From: Octopus sinensis
Taxonomy: Eukaryota
Assembly (NCBI RefSeq): GCF_006345805.1
Contig: NC_042997.1
Span: 64,666,001 to 64,730,000, forward strand
DNA: 64,000 nt
Direction of reading: 5' to 3'
The position numbers were made by a program, and so were the translations under genes. Shown piece after piece: positions 10,670 to 24,799 of this stretch. The notes under the pieces are model-generated. The model was not told the origin of the DNA and ran no database searches. It saw only the letters and a program-made list of their open reading frames with translations. Position 1 is the stretch's first letter, and every line of letters begins with the position of its first letter.

Positions 10670-12680
10670 CAAAATAATAAAAATCAAATTAGTTATTATT
10701 ACTATATTTTCTTCGATAGAAGATGAGGGAAATAGCAGATAACAAATTCGGATATACATATTTTATCTTTATGAAACATTGAGAGCATTCTAAAGAATGT
10801 TGTTGGAGTCTAGTTGTGTATAACGTAAAACTGATGTAGCTAAGGGGTATTTGAATATATGAGTGAAAAATATTTTAGAGATGTTCCCTCTATAGAAGAA
10901 GTAGACAAGTAATTCAAACACCAAATAGGTAATTTATCATAGGAAGTTTAATAGAGCTGTCCAATGGAAAGACATAGTTATATTTGAATTAGGATATGAC
11001 TTGACAGTTTTAAGTAATATTAGGTATGGTGTGTATTTAAAAATACATGACGCACTATTCTTAGTTAGAAATACATCCAACAGGAAACTTGAACTCTACA
11101 AAAATAGACTACACAATTTCTTGAAACTCCAAGGACTATCCATCACTATGGAAAAAGATAACATCTCTGTGAACTTCCTAGATGTTAACTTTAACCTTCA
11201 TACATCCTATATCAACCTTTCCATAAACGTAACAATATCACATACATAAACGCCCAAAGTAACCATCCTTGTAACATTATAAAAATCTGACCACTAACAT
11301 AGAAAGAAGAATTAATCTATTCTCATCTAACGAATTTTCTAACAGACATAAAGACTACTGGAATCTAGCACTGAAGAAGACAATATGAAATTAAGTACAA
11401 TGAAAACAACAGTAGCAATACTAATAATACTAAAACTTATCTAGGTGTGAACAACAAGACAATATTAGTGACCCTAAGACAACTGGCGAATTAGTACACC
11501 CCGACAAATAAACAAAAACTCTCTATAATGATCATCAAAACCACGCTAACAACAGGCAGAAATCCTACAACTGCAATAAACGTACTAATAAACATAATCA
11601 ATACGAGCAACATAACCAAAACCTTACTAAGAGAAAAAGATAATACTAATTTCAGCAATTCACAAATAACTAACTACACTAATAATAATGTAATAAAACT
11701 CAAGAATAATGAGAATAAACACTTGAAACAATTAATTCTAGAAATAAGAACACTAAACCCATAAACATAAAAAATGAAAATTATCGCATCTCATCTAATC
11801 CTTCTGATAATATGCATAACCACAGAAATCGTATTAATATAGAAAGAAATAATATAGAAAAAAGAAACCAATACCATTTGTAAGATTAGATGAGTCTCAA
11901 AACATAACCCGCTACTTTAATAAAGAAAACGACAATAACACTACTTGGATCATAATACCTTTTGCAAAACATCTAAAATCTACTTTTATTAGATCCATTA
12001 GATATATAATGAATTAAAAAGTCAAAAACTCTAACTATGCAAGAATTATTAATAACAAAATATATTAGATTTGGACTTTCACTCTCCCCAAACATTTTTA
12101 GGATAATCCCTTCCTTTAACAATAGGAAACTGGACCAGTACTATAATAAGAAAAAAAGTAATCTAATATACCTGGTAACTCAAGTAATTCTATAACTAAC
12201 ATAATAACCAAAACTCCATTACCCTTAATACATATATACAAAACAACATAGTACAACCAAATAGTTTAAATTGTAATTGTAGAAACTTGTGAAGTAGATA
12301 GAAATTCTAAAATGAAAGAAGTAATATACCAAGCAACCATATTACCCATACTTCCTCTAAATACGTATACATAGCTTGTACGAAGAATTCTATAAGACTA
12401 AGAATAATCATAAATCTCCCTTTAATGACCCTAGAAAAGAGAATAACACAGGTCTATCTAAAATTAATTTGGCAACTCAAAAGAAACAATATCTTGGAAA
12501 ATCCTATCTTCAGCCCCATTTTATGGATATAATAACAAAATTTTGTAGGTTATGTCTGGAAGAAAGTTATAATATAATGAAAATGAAGAGAAAGAATGGT
12601 ATCGTTATTAATACAAGAGATGGAAAAGCTTTTTTATTTAAACACATGTCCAAATACATTTTTATTAATCTTAAATAATG
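10670..12680 (+). mobile_element. Decayed Penelope-like element: RT plus GIY-YIG endonuclease
   Basis: NFLDV and YINAQSNHP RT motifs. Downstream are KEVIYQAT...KYVYIA (GIY/YIG), NNHKSPFNDPRKENNTGLSK and CRLCLEESYNIM. Many stops and frameshifts. Confidence 0.8.
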
Positions 12681-13197
12681 TTCCCCTTACTTTAATTTTA
12701 ATATCGTTTCCCTTTTTTGTAATATCTCTATTTTTTAAATATCTCTCTATATATTAACCCTTTCTAGGGTATTAGCTTACTAATTAACAAATGATCTGCG
12801 CATCAATTTATCTTACACTCTATGGATATATATTTGTTATTTAACCATCCCCTCTTGTAATTACATCTTCTCCAGCTCTCCAACATTTTCTGCAAATTTC
12901 AATACACCTCCCTTTCAATATGTTCTTATATCTTCCTTTAATATATAAGATACCTTTCTTTTTTGTAACTTATTTCATTTGCATAATATGTACTTATCCC
13001 CTCTCTTACCTATTCCAATTACTATTGTTAAAGTTACTTCCCAATGTACCTGATATTTAATTACATCTTAGAACTGATATATGCAAACACATATAATACT
13101 TCTTGGTGTCCAACTTTCCTACAACAATGTGTACATTTATAGATATCGTTTATATTTATCATTGTGTGTATACATTTATTTTATTCATATTATGATT

Positions 13198-13200
13198 ATG

Positions 13201-13292
<92 letters not shown>

Positions 13293-13300
13293 TATTACTA
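13198..13300. repeat. (ATT)n microsatellite
   Basis: Directly visible. It explains the poly-I and poly-Y ORFs. Confidence 0.95.
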
Positions 13301-14334
13301 TTGTATGCTTATTAACTATATGTTATCACCAAGTTGTATTTTATAATAAAACGGGTGCACATATATGTATGCCTCACACTCACAAACACACATGTACATA
13401 TGTGTATATATACACCACTATACATACATACATGTAAATAAATATATATATGTATATATATATTTGTGTGTAATAACATCTTTTTATAAGTATGAGTAAT
13501 TATAATTTATAATTATAACTATATCCCTTTGGTCCTTTTCCCAATATTTGCACCAGTATAACTATACTTATTTTTCTTGTATGGTGTCACCTCTTTCATG
13601 TGCACCCTCAACTCAAACAACTTGAAAAACACCTAGAATAAATAAATCTATATATATTATTTCACAGATATGTTGTCTTCAAATAAAATCAGCATATACA
13701 ATCAAAATATTTTCCTCTATAAGTTTTTGATATATGAATTATTTTCGTATATTTCAGTATACTTATGTGCACCCACTACTCTATAAATAAATATTGTTAT
13801 CTTATATTCACAATACACAATAACCTTGTGTTAGTTAAACACTCATTACTTATATAATATTTCTATATATTTCCCTCTCACATTATGCCAAGCTACATTT
13901 TTAACTCTCATTTTTATTTAAGCACAAACATATTTTGCCTACTAAATATCAATAATTATCTCCCCTACATTTTTAATTTTCAATCTTACAATATCTATTA
14001 TACCTCTAAAAGTATTTTTTAAATATTTGTAGCCGCAAGTAATTACTATCTAAATTCTGTAATATTGACATCTAATTGTATATATGATTTCATTCATGTA
14101 TGTATGCAAGTATGTATGTAAAAGAAACCCTTCAGTCGGAAGGATGATACCGATGGCAAAGAAATACAAATGGTAGAAGCCATATCTACTCATGATTACA
14201 AGGAGTAATGGTAGAATGTCCCGGTGAAAACCTCAATAAAATATAAACACAATAGACATGATTTGGGATATAGAATAGAAACTGTACGGTTAGGAAAATC
14301 AACTTCCTATAAAAAGAGGTAGTAAGTATACCTT

Positions 14335-15489
14335 GTGCTTATTCTTAGTGCAAGTTTTGAAGAATGAAGTTTGATTTTAACAGTTATTTTTTCAAAGCTA
14401 TAACGGAAGTAACAAAGGAGCATATTCGGTATATTTTGCTTTATGAGTTCAATGAAGGCAACAACGCAATGGAAAGTTAGAGGAATATCGATGCAGTATA
14501 TGAGAATCGGACAATAAGCGTAAGCCAGTGTCAACGGTGGTTCCAGAAATTCTGTCCAGAAACTACAGTCTAGAAGACGAGCCTCGTCCAGGAGGGTCTG
14601 TAGAACATAATGAGAGGCGTCCTGCAAACATTGTTGGAAGAAAATCCCATTGTAACAGTTGAGTAACTAGCAGAGAAGCTTAGATTTTGTCATTCAACCA
14701 TTCATCGATACCTGCATGCCATCGGAAAAGTTAGCAAATTGGGTCTTATGGGTTCCGCACAAACTTTCTGAGTCTAATCGCACTCACAGAGTGAATGTGT
14801 CTTCTTCTTTGCAGTCACGTCTCTCGAATGAACCATTTTGGACAGGTAACAAGGAATGGGTTCTTTATAAAGATGTCAAGTACCAAAGATAGTAGGTAGA
14901 GAAAAGAGAAACACTGGCATCCCAGGCTGAAGAAGGTTTTTCAACCACATAGGTGCTTTTATCTGTTTGATGATATATGAAAGATTTAGTCCACTTTGAA
15001 CTTTTACACCCAAACTAAACGATAACAAAGGGGATCTACTGCGAGTAGCTTGAGCGACTTACGTCCGCGCAAGAAGAAAAGCGACCATCTATGGTTTCAA
15101 GATGAAATGTGTTCGTGCATTAGGATAATGCTCGACCACATAAATCGGGGATGACACTCCAAAGGCTGGAGCAGTTTGAATTGAAAACAATGCCGAACCC
15201 AACATACTCGCCGGGCATTGCCCTTCTGATAATCATTATTCCACAGTCTTCAAAATTATTTTGACGGGAGAAATACGAATTCTGTAGACGAGGTCAGAAC
15301 AGTACTGGAGGGGTATTTTCCGTCACTGAGAAGTGAATTTTGGAAGAGGAGCCTTGGAAATCTACCAGATAGATGGAAGAGCATTGTAGACAATAAAGGA
15401 GAATATATTTTCGATTACAAAAACTTAATCTTAATTTTGAAGACTAAAATAATATTAAAAAGAGCGCATTGTTTTGGGGATTGCCCAAT
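14335..15489 (+). mobile_element. mariner (DD34D-type) transposon relic, transposase pseudogene ~14403-15417
   Basis: EHIRYILLYEF, SQCQRWFQKF, LEDEPRPG, WVPHKL, DNARPH and YSPGIA motifs across frameshifts. The start codon is mutated to ACG. Right end ...GATTGCCCAATA|TA; left TIR not found. Confidence 0.88.
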
Positions 15490-15569
15490 ATATGCATGAG
15501 AAATCATATATATAACAAAACATACAAATCTGCAAGCATACATACATACATATATATACACACAAACAA

Positions 15570-15672
<103 letters not shown>

Positions 15673-18162
15673 GTATATATGTATATATATATAAATACAT
15701 ATATACATCCGTATGAAGGCATATATATATATATACATATATACATCCGTACATACGTACATACATACATACATGCATCAACGCCTGCATACATATACAT
15801 ACATCTGTGCGTACGTATATTTATACATCTAAACATGTAGATACACCGGTAACACTGTAATACATATTTATAGTTAACGTAATTTATATAGGTTTGATAC
15901 GCTCAATCATATATTACTGAATGCGCCATGCATTATACAATCATTAGCGGAGGGGAGTTATCATATCATACTAGATATTTCACTTATAGTGAAACGGTGT
16001 AACGTGCTTGTGGTATATGAAACGAAACGCAACATAACAATAGGAATGAGAAAAAAATACGTGTAATGTCACGACTTCCCCTGAGAATATATGTAAATGA
16101 ACTAAAATAAAATTGTTCTATATCTTGAAGCAGAGACTACATACCAAATTAAATCTTGTAATATGCACGACCCTATAACATTGATATATGAACATTACTA
16201 CAACGGTAATGATCGATATCTTGAGAATGTAACTGATTAATATGTGTCGAATTAACCACGTAAACGTCCGGGAAATAATTTATGTGTGCTAGAAGTATAG
16301 GTATAAATATTCGTATTTTAATTACTGCAAGATTTGTAAAACTGTCATGATATTATCATTCGTAAAGCAATTATATTTATCATTGTATATATTACTAGTT
16401 TGAATAATTCATTTACATATACTCACCAAGAATTTCTGAATACATATATGTCATATTTTGCGGCCCTCTTATTCTATGCCATATCGTTCCCTTTAATAAT
16501 CCCATGGTATTGTGCTACTATATGTTAATTATGCATGTCGATAAGATTTCTCTACCTACAGTGAATATTATGTATGGATGACACGAAATATTGTGATCTC
16601 AAATATCTTATGGATATTAATTTCAATATCAATGCAGTTTTCTGTATATTTCGTTGTTTGGAAGATAGAATAAATTGTTTTCCCACATGTTTTAAATTCA
16701 GTTACACTTAAGGAAATATATAAACTTTACAAAATGTTTATTCATGGAAAGATACGTAGTATACATGTGCTATGAAAAGACTTTGGGCAATGCTTTTATG
16801 CGCTAACCCAAAATCTATTTCGGGGTAGTCCTATAAAAGTTATAAAACAATATACTTACCAAAGATGTCATTGGGACTGAACTCAGATTCTCATGGTTGG
16901 AAAGCATGCTTCTTAAGCTCACACTTAAACATTTTTTTGTACTAGACATCATATGATGTGGATTCAGTTCCAAGAGGTGTTCTGTCTCTCCAGTAGATTT
17001 TACTATTGTGTAACGTCTTCGGACAACTCTTCCTAATTTCTTGAGAAATGGTCAACCAAAATCCATCTCATAACATGACATACTCGATATTGAGATAGAG
17101 AGAGAGTAAGAAAGAGAGAAAGAGGGGGAGAGAAAAAGAGAAAAATAAATAGACAGAGAATATATGTGGGTGTGTATATGTGTGTGTGTTTGTGTGCGTA
17201 TATGAGTGTATCTAGTCTAAAAACAAAATTAATCTCACACCAAGACCTACTCGATATTGAGATGGAAATAGATAGAGAGAGACAAAGATAGAAAGATAAA
17301 TAGATAGATGGTAGAGGGATAGTGCGGTGTGTGGGGTGGGCTCTAGTCTAAGACTGAACATTCCGAAATAACTGTCTTATATCTTCACTTGCACTTTATT
17401 TCATTCTTGTTTTTATGTAATTTGCAGTGAGAAATCTATGGTCTTGTTTGTGTACTATAAGAAATCTCTCAGATCCAGCATTCAATACTGTAGTTCCCAT
17501 TTAAGTGAATTTTTGTTTTATCTCTTTTACTTTCGATCGAACTTATCTGTTATTTTACTTGACGAGATTTTTCTTGCCAAATTCTTATCACATTTGTAAT
17601 CCCGTTTGCAGTTAGGTAATTGTTTCTCATATATGATCTTCGTGTTTATTCTGTCTCTTTATATTTGTTATTTCAGCCGCTGTTTAATATCCATTGTCTT
17701 CTTAAAAGACACAAAAGATTTTGATGCGTATCACGCTGTTTCTTTTTTTATTTAGCTCTATCTTAAGTATTAATGGAATGCGTCTATAAACTTATTACTA
17801 ATTTTTTCGTATTTTCTTCTGCTTGTACAAGGTGTACACTGTCTAGACCATTAATTATTAAGTATTCCGAAATTTAATACTGTAATCGTTGTTTCATTAT
17901 CATTACTTGTTTTATCAATTTTATTTCTCTCCTGAATAACTATTATTATTCTTATGTGATGCTAACCTTTGCATGACAACTTCTACTTCAGAGCAGACGC
18001 TCTACAAAGCGTCTGACGTGTGTGGCATCTTGTCTGAGTATTATGGTATATTGTAACATCTACTTTACTTTGTTGTAGCTTTCTTGTTGTATAGTATATA
18101 CGTTTAATGTTTCCTGTTATTTTATGGAATATTGATCCTGTTGAGTATGTGTCTTTTTAATA

Positions 18163-18378
18163 ATCCTTTCTACTAAAAGCACAAGATCTGAAATGTGGTG
18201 GGGTTAGGTCTTGTCGATTACATCGACATTCAGTGTTTCACTGGTATTTAATTTATCGACACCGAAGGATGAAAAGAAGAGTAGCCCTCGGCGAAATTTG
18301 AGCTAAGGACGTTGTGACGGTCAAAATACCGCTAAGCATTTCGTCCAGTGTGCTAACGATTCTGCCAACTTACCACCT
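18163..18378 (-). mobile_element. tRNA-derived SINE, family B (tail variant 2)
   Basis: Head GGCAGAATCGTTAGCAC...AAATGCTTAGCGGTATTT, core CCTTCGGTGTCGATAAATTAAATACCAG, GTCGATGTAATCGAC hairpin, tail ...TAGTAGAAAGGAT. Confidence 0.75.
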
Positions 18379-21300
18379 TATATGTCTTTTTAAAAATAAC
18401 TTGGAATGATAATTACTTCACCATGTACTTTGTGGATTGGATTAAATTGTCACATTTAGATTTTGTAACTTATTTGCTTTAGATTTTTCGAGTGAAGATG
18501 TAAAATCCGTGCCATATAAGCTGTATTGTTGTTTTATAGCTCCTCGTTTGCTGTGATAGTGTAGAGCCATTACCAAATGTATTTAATTTATAATCAGTGA
18601 ACCTTTTGCAAGCACCAGTGACTATATTATAGAATGAGTACAATTTTTAATTTTGTAGAGAGTGTTTTCTATAGAAATTTAGCTGTGGTTTAACATATCG
18701 ATTGACGCGCTCAAGGTTAGGTCGTTGGTAACAAATGAATAGCAAATATACAAAGTCTGGTTGGCTGATTTGTGCTAATGACTTCAGTAACTTCTGTAAA
18801 ATGTGGATCGTAGCTAGTAAAGCAATTGTTTAGAACTTATGGAAAATCACCCGAGCATATATTTGATCACGCACTACTCTAGTATCATGATTGTTATTGA
18901 TACTATTTTATATTTTCATACTGATAAATTATATTTCAAGGTCTTTGATATATTGGCTGAAAACCATCGAGAAATTTATTGAAGTAGATATGCATATTTC
19001 TAGCTAAACGAAATACATATGTGTGATCATAATGATATGTGATCTTAATCTGCTTTATGCAAGCAGCGAACAGCTAGAAATTATTTGCTCAAGTGTGAGT
19101 TTTTGGTGTTTATATGGTATGCAGTGAGTCTATAGTCTCATTGTTTTCGTATTTGTAATTTTCAAGTGGTTAGATTATTGATTTTGAGCACCTGAAATTA
19201 GAAATTCAACTTCTTTATTTAGTCCAGTCTTTTCAGCATTTCATAATATGCACGATGCATGAGTACGCACTTTCGAGACTCGCAAGATATTGGTCATTAT
19301 GTAATGTTCTTTCCGTATTAACTTAAGTAGGCAGCAAAAGAAAATACTGGAAATGTTGCCTGATGTATGTAGAATATAGACCACTTACTAAGAAATGTCA
19401 GTTTACAAAGATCACGAACAAAAATATTATGAAGCGATAATGCTAAGGGTTCGAAAGCATGCAACAATATGAGTCTAAGTATCTCTCTGATATTCCGTTC
19501 TCCTACTAACATGGCAGATATCAAAGTTAGATTTATAGATGTACACGACGGGACATTAACTTGGATCGAACGCCGCTGACTGAACCATCTCAGGTCATTA
19601 ATTATAGGTGTTCTAGCTTATCAAAAAGACCAGGATTTTCAAGACGTACTCTTACACGCACTCGCATCCATCCACAATTACAAGACAGACGCAGGGCTTA
19701 CCCAACTTCGATTAGGAAACGGGATAACAGTATTGTTTCGAATATATTTAGGTATCTATTTTCGTATGATCCTCGACAAGAGTAGTAACGATGGCAGAAC
19801 CTTCAGATTAATGGGCTTCTTGACCCCTATAAGGAGTATTGTTTAATTCCCGCCATATAATAGGACGGGGCATTAGAAGAATGTCGGAACCTAGTGAATC
19901 AATAGAAGAGTTAGCGAAACGCTTCGAATAGTTTCAAATATCTGACAGATGACGTCTGGATTTCCCATGTCTGAAAAAATGGAAATAAACACACCGAACT
20001 GGGTCATCCACATCGAGTTCAGGGAGCTGTTTTGCTAGGTGAGTGGACAAGGTTATTGCACGTTAATCATAATGTCAAGTGGTCGGCTACACAAACCAGA
20101 ACTTTATATGGCCCTGATTTTTCGACTTCATAAATCAGCCTTGATATAAATAAAGAGGAACTAAATACATCATAATGTACATTTTCCGGACAGCACACAC
20201 GAGACAAAGTTGTATGAAGGATGTGGATGAAAAAGTGATGAGACACAGTTTCCTTTTTGAGGAATTTTTTTTCAATCGGAGAAGGAAGAATAGTGTCAAG
20301 ACGGATGCATTCTCCATTAAAATCTAGGTAGTAAACATCACAATCTGGACGTGTCTCAATCGTCTGAGTAAAGACAGATAAATAAGGTCACTTTCCCGTG
20401 ACTATTGTTTTCCACCAACTTTCAGGTCGAGTGCCTGTGAAAGACATTCATTAGTATATTAGATTTAGCATATACACCTTGCGTTATTTAGCAATAATAT
20501 TTCCATATTTTATCACATTCGATGTTTCATATCGAGCAGTAATTATGACTAGGAATTAGTAACTTTTAACTTTTTCTTCTTGGGGATAAGGATACTTTCC
20601 CCGCATTTGCCAGTTATATGTTTACTTGGGCTACACCAATACCTCATTAAATATTTCTAATATGTATCCTTGATATATATTTTAACCAGATATTATGGTC
20701 TTATCGTGTTTAGGTGTCCAAATCCCGGCACTTCTCTTACAGCCTTTAGGCTAATTATTCTGCTGTGCAGGAAGCCACACATAATACACACATTGCGCAT
20801 ATGATGTAGTGGCTGTTGTCTTAGAAAACCTCTTCCTCAATGAATTATTATGTAACATTCCTCTATCAAATCTATCAAATTGTATTAATGCTGTTGCACT
20901 GAAGACACTCTACATTTTTAAGGTCTTTTTTGTTTTTCATAGTTCTTGAATTATTTCCATTTTTGTTTGTTGTATATTTTTCTTCATTTAAATCTTATTA
21001 CCTTTATTATAAAGTTATTACCATGTTTCTGTTGTTCTTGTTAATTTCGTCATTAATTTGTAAGTATTCTTGGGTTTAGGATTTCTCTTATACACTTATA
21101 TACCATATTCTGTTAGTATGTGATAGTTCCATTTTTGTTCTGTGCCCTTTCTACTCTTCCTCTCCTATGGCTACAACATTTTCCTCACCACTAAAAAACT
21201 ATTTCCGCTTAACGAATTAAACTTTCCCTAGAGATATTTCTTTATGTTCCAAAAATATTCATATTTGTAGCACATTATACAAATGCATTACTACATAGAT

Positions 21301-22383
21301 CAGAGAAACCGAAAAGTAAATTTAAAGCGTTGTAAACCTAAAATACTTTAATCTAGTGAAGGCGCGTCAAAGCCAAAGTTTCTAACTCACTGTCAATATT
21401 TTTCTCGTAAAAATTATATGTATATGAGTATGTAAGTGCTGTGTATAAAAATTGTTAGCCTTAATATAGTTATATATTTTCATTTTTTTCTTTCATTTTT
21501 ACTGAGGGAGAGCTCCTATTATTACAGACATAATGCTTACTTTCATGAAAAATCTACTTAAATTTTCTTGTAACTTGATAGAGTTAATAAATTACAGGGT
21601 AAAGATTTAACCGGAATTTTTTTATATGTATTTCGGAACGCATATTTTTAGTTATCTCTTTCTAATAATAACATTAAGAGTGATTCACTTTGATCTTCTT
21701 CACAGTCCAGACAGGCTTGTGACAAATATTCATAACCACATCGTTCATTGTTACATGCCAAATGCGTTACGTATTTATAGTTTTTATTTTCTGTCTATAA
21801 TTAGATATTACTTATTACTGATTATGCGCTTATATTCTGCTTTCCTAAAAAATATGAAGGCGGTAGTAATGAATTTTTTGTTGATTGAAGTGTACAGTTG
21901 ATGCCAGTTTGTTCTATACATGTGTCCATACTGTTGATATAACTAGTAATTCAACTCTCATTTCTAAGCTTTCCATTTCCACAAAACTTCTAATTCTGCG
22001 TTTTTGCATATAAGCTCACACTATGTCCAGTTTTGCTGATTACTGACCAAAGAGTTATGATATCCCTATTTGCTTTTACTCTAATATCTTTAATTTTATT
22101 ATAGTTTTAGGTCAACTTCACTGTATTTATAATATTTGCTTTTCTTTTTACTTTTCATATGATTACTACATGCTGGTGTATATTTATCTTAGGATATAGT
22201 TTATTTAATGTTTTTCTAGATAAGCAATTGTTTAGGAAATGTCCTATGTTGTATCTAACTAATAATTGCAGCCTTAGGATTAGAACTTAGATCGTAACAG
22301 AAGTAACACGTTTTGTTGAACTTTGCAAAGTCATGTATATTTTCCTTTTACGCTGACAATTTCAAGTTCAGTAAACAAATTTA

Positions 22384-22620
22384 TGTGGAGGTGCGTGGCT
22401 TAGTGGTTAGGGTGTCAGCATCATGATTGTAATATTGTGGTTTTGATTCCTGGACCGGGCGACGCGTTGTGTTCTTGAGCAAAACACTTAATTTGACGTT
22501 GCTCCAGTCCACTCAGCTGGCAAAATTGAGTAACGCTGCGGGAACACATACGCCATAGAAACCGGGAAAGCGGGCCCATGAGCTTAGCTAGGCTTTAAAA
22601 GGGCGCAAGAAGAAGAAGAA
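22384..22620 (+). mobile_element. tRNA-derived SINE, family C, (GAA)n tail
   Basis: GTGGCTTAGTGGTTAG A-box, GATTCCTGG B-box-like, TTCTTGAGCAAAACACTT body, ends ...GGCTTTAAAAGGGCGC(AAG)n. Confidence 0.7.
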
Positions 22621-22934
22621 ACAAATTTAGATATGTCTTTACTGGCAAAAAATGCTTCTCAAAATAATTAGTAAAGTTACCAAATTCGTTAGCGACCGAC
22701 CTACATATTTACTCCAGCTGATGAAAATTACAGTAAATTCTAATGGAATCATATCCTATCAATCCTGAAAAGTAGAACGCTTTGAAGATAGTGATACTAA
22801 ATACGATTCACTCAACACACAGAGATTAGTAGTGTTAGATAACTTCCGAGCATGACTCCAATAATTCAGTTTTAATTTGGGGTTAAATAACGACTAAGGA
22901 ATTCTAAGATGTTGATTTACTGAAATCTTATAAG

Positions 22935-23510
22935 ATTCTTTTCTACTCTAGGTTCGAGGCCCGAAATTTTGGGGGAGGAGACCGGTCGATTAGATCGACC
23001 GCAGTACGCATCTAGTACTTAATTTATAGACCCCGAAAGGATGAAAGGCAATGTCGACCTCGGAATTTCGCCCGGCGTGTTAACGTTTCTTATTTCTTTA
23101 TTGCCCACAAGGGGCTAAACATAGAGGGGACAAACAAGGACAAACAAAGGGATTAAGTAGATTACAACGACCCCAGTGCGTTACTGGTACTTATTTAATC
23201 GACCCCGAAAGGATGAAAGGCAAAGTCGACCTCGGTGGAATTTGAACTCAGAACGTAACGGCAGACGAAATACTGCTAAGCATTTTGCCCGACGTGCTAA
23301 CGATTCTGCCATCTTGCTGCCTTGAAATATTTTAATATTAATATGGGAAAGGTGGTGCGGTGGTAGATTCATTAGCACGTCGGGAAAAATGCTAAATGGC
23401 ATTTCATGTGACATTATAGTCTGAGTTGAATTCAACCGAGGTTGAATTTACCTTTTAAACTCTCGGCGTCGGTATAAAACTACTGGCCTTGTGCCAAAAT
23501 TTGAAACCAA
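22935..23510. mobile_element. Cluster of three SINE-B copies (22935-23090 minus, 23091-23323 minus, 23349-23510 plus)
   Basis: Shared GACCCCGAAAGGATGAAAGGCAAAGTCGACCTCGG core. The three copies carry three different tails. Confidence 0.75.
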
Positions 23511-23990
23511 TATTACGATATGAGTAGATTGAAAATTTGGAAACTCACATACGGCTTCTATTCCTGAAATATTTTAAGTGAAATCTTCATTTTAGCGGGA
23601 CAGTTGGCTGCCATAATAATACAAATAATAATTAACAATTTTACTCCGCTTAAGAATATTTCAAAAGTTTTCTTTATATACGATACAAGTTTTGTAATAT
23701 ATATCTTATGTGTTGATACTCTAAAGAAAGTAATGTGTCATACCATATAGGTATATTGCATGTTAGCTTTTGATGACAAATACCAGAAGAAATTGGTGGC
23801 ATTCGTGTAAAGTTCCTGCTTTTGTGTTGTGTTTTAAAGATACAGTGTTGTTATATATTATAAAAAGAAGTAGCATGCTTCTGGAAAAGAAAGCCTCGTT
23901 CATGGAAACCATTCATTCGAGATAATCACTCTGAGGCATAGTCAACGCATAAATATGTAAATGACAAATATAAGACTATACCCTGTCTCC

Positions 23991-24027
23991 TGTTTCTGAA
24001 GAAATTCTTTGCTCGAAACGTAAAACA
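23991..24027 (+). ncRNA. Minimal hammerhead ribozyme remnant in a short PLE-like element
   Basis: TGTTT-CTGAAGA-AATTCTTTGCTC-GAAACGTA-AAACA: intact core and 5-bp stem I, but stem II is mispaired. Confidence 0.5.
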
Positions 24028-24742
24028 CCCTTTCTTTCCTTCACTGTGCGTCTTATTAATATCTTGTATGTACCACGTCCTTGCGTTATTGTTTTTTTCT
24101 TGCCGTTTTTGTTTTTTGTTTTGTTAATTATATATATATATATATGCATGTATGTATATATATTTGTGTATCTATCTGTCTATCTATATGTGTGTGTATA
24201 CATGCATTTATATACGCAATGATACGTGTATGCACGGCTGGAATATGTGCATGCATGAATGTATGTATGCATAAATGTATGTATGTTTGTGTAAATATGT
24301 GTTTGTATGTCTATAGATATCAGCACGAATTTGCAAAACCTAAACCAATTCGTTGATATCAGAATATTTTATTATTTACGTAATTATATCTAGGCGTACC
24401 GAAATCTGAGATAGCTACACCTAGGTTCAAACAATAAGTTAAATAAAGGATTTCACGTATCATTTGCAGATTAAATTTATTAAGTACAAAAATTATTACG
24501 CGTCGGCGCACGGAGTTCGTAGTAGTTTTGGAAATATCCATAATGGCTCTTTTATAGAGCATTGCATTTTTGCTTTACATTTCGCTATATTTGTTAATGC
24601 ATAGATTTTATATACACACTCAGTCTAAGACCTACATATACACATACATGTCTATGTGTATGTATGCATGTATGTGTCCATGTACCTACGCATGTATGTT
24701 TGTATCTACCTATCTATCCATCTCTCTATCTATCTACCTATC

Positions 24743-24780
<38 letters not shown>

Positions 24781-24799
24781 ATATAATATATATATATTA

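Larger units (their letters stand above)
2250..11339. repeat. Direct tandem duplication, units 2250-6780 and 6781-11339
   Basis: Near-identical sequence at 4531-nt offset (e.g. ORFs 2335..2565 and 6866..7096). TTC microhomology at the junction. The copies differ by a few SNPs, microsatellite lengths and one indel scar. Confidence 0.95.

Noticed and set aside
16427-16555. Minus-strand exon with ACCATGG start (MGLLKGTIWHRIRGPQNMTYMYSEIL) and GTGAGT donor
   Set aside because: It is isolated, has no recognisable homology, and no compatible downstream exon was identified.
19580-19848. About 89-codon open frame in a moderately GC-richer patch
   Set aside because: No motif was recognised, splice signals on the two strands conflict, and the length is attainable by chance.
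22384-22460. tRNA genes at SINE heads (also 51425-51475)
   Set aside because: A/B boxes are present but there is no complete cloverleaf, and they continue into SINE bodies.
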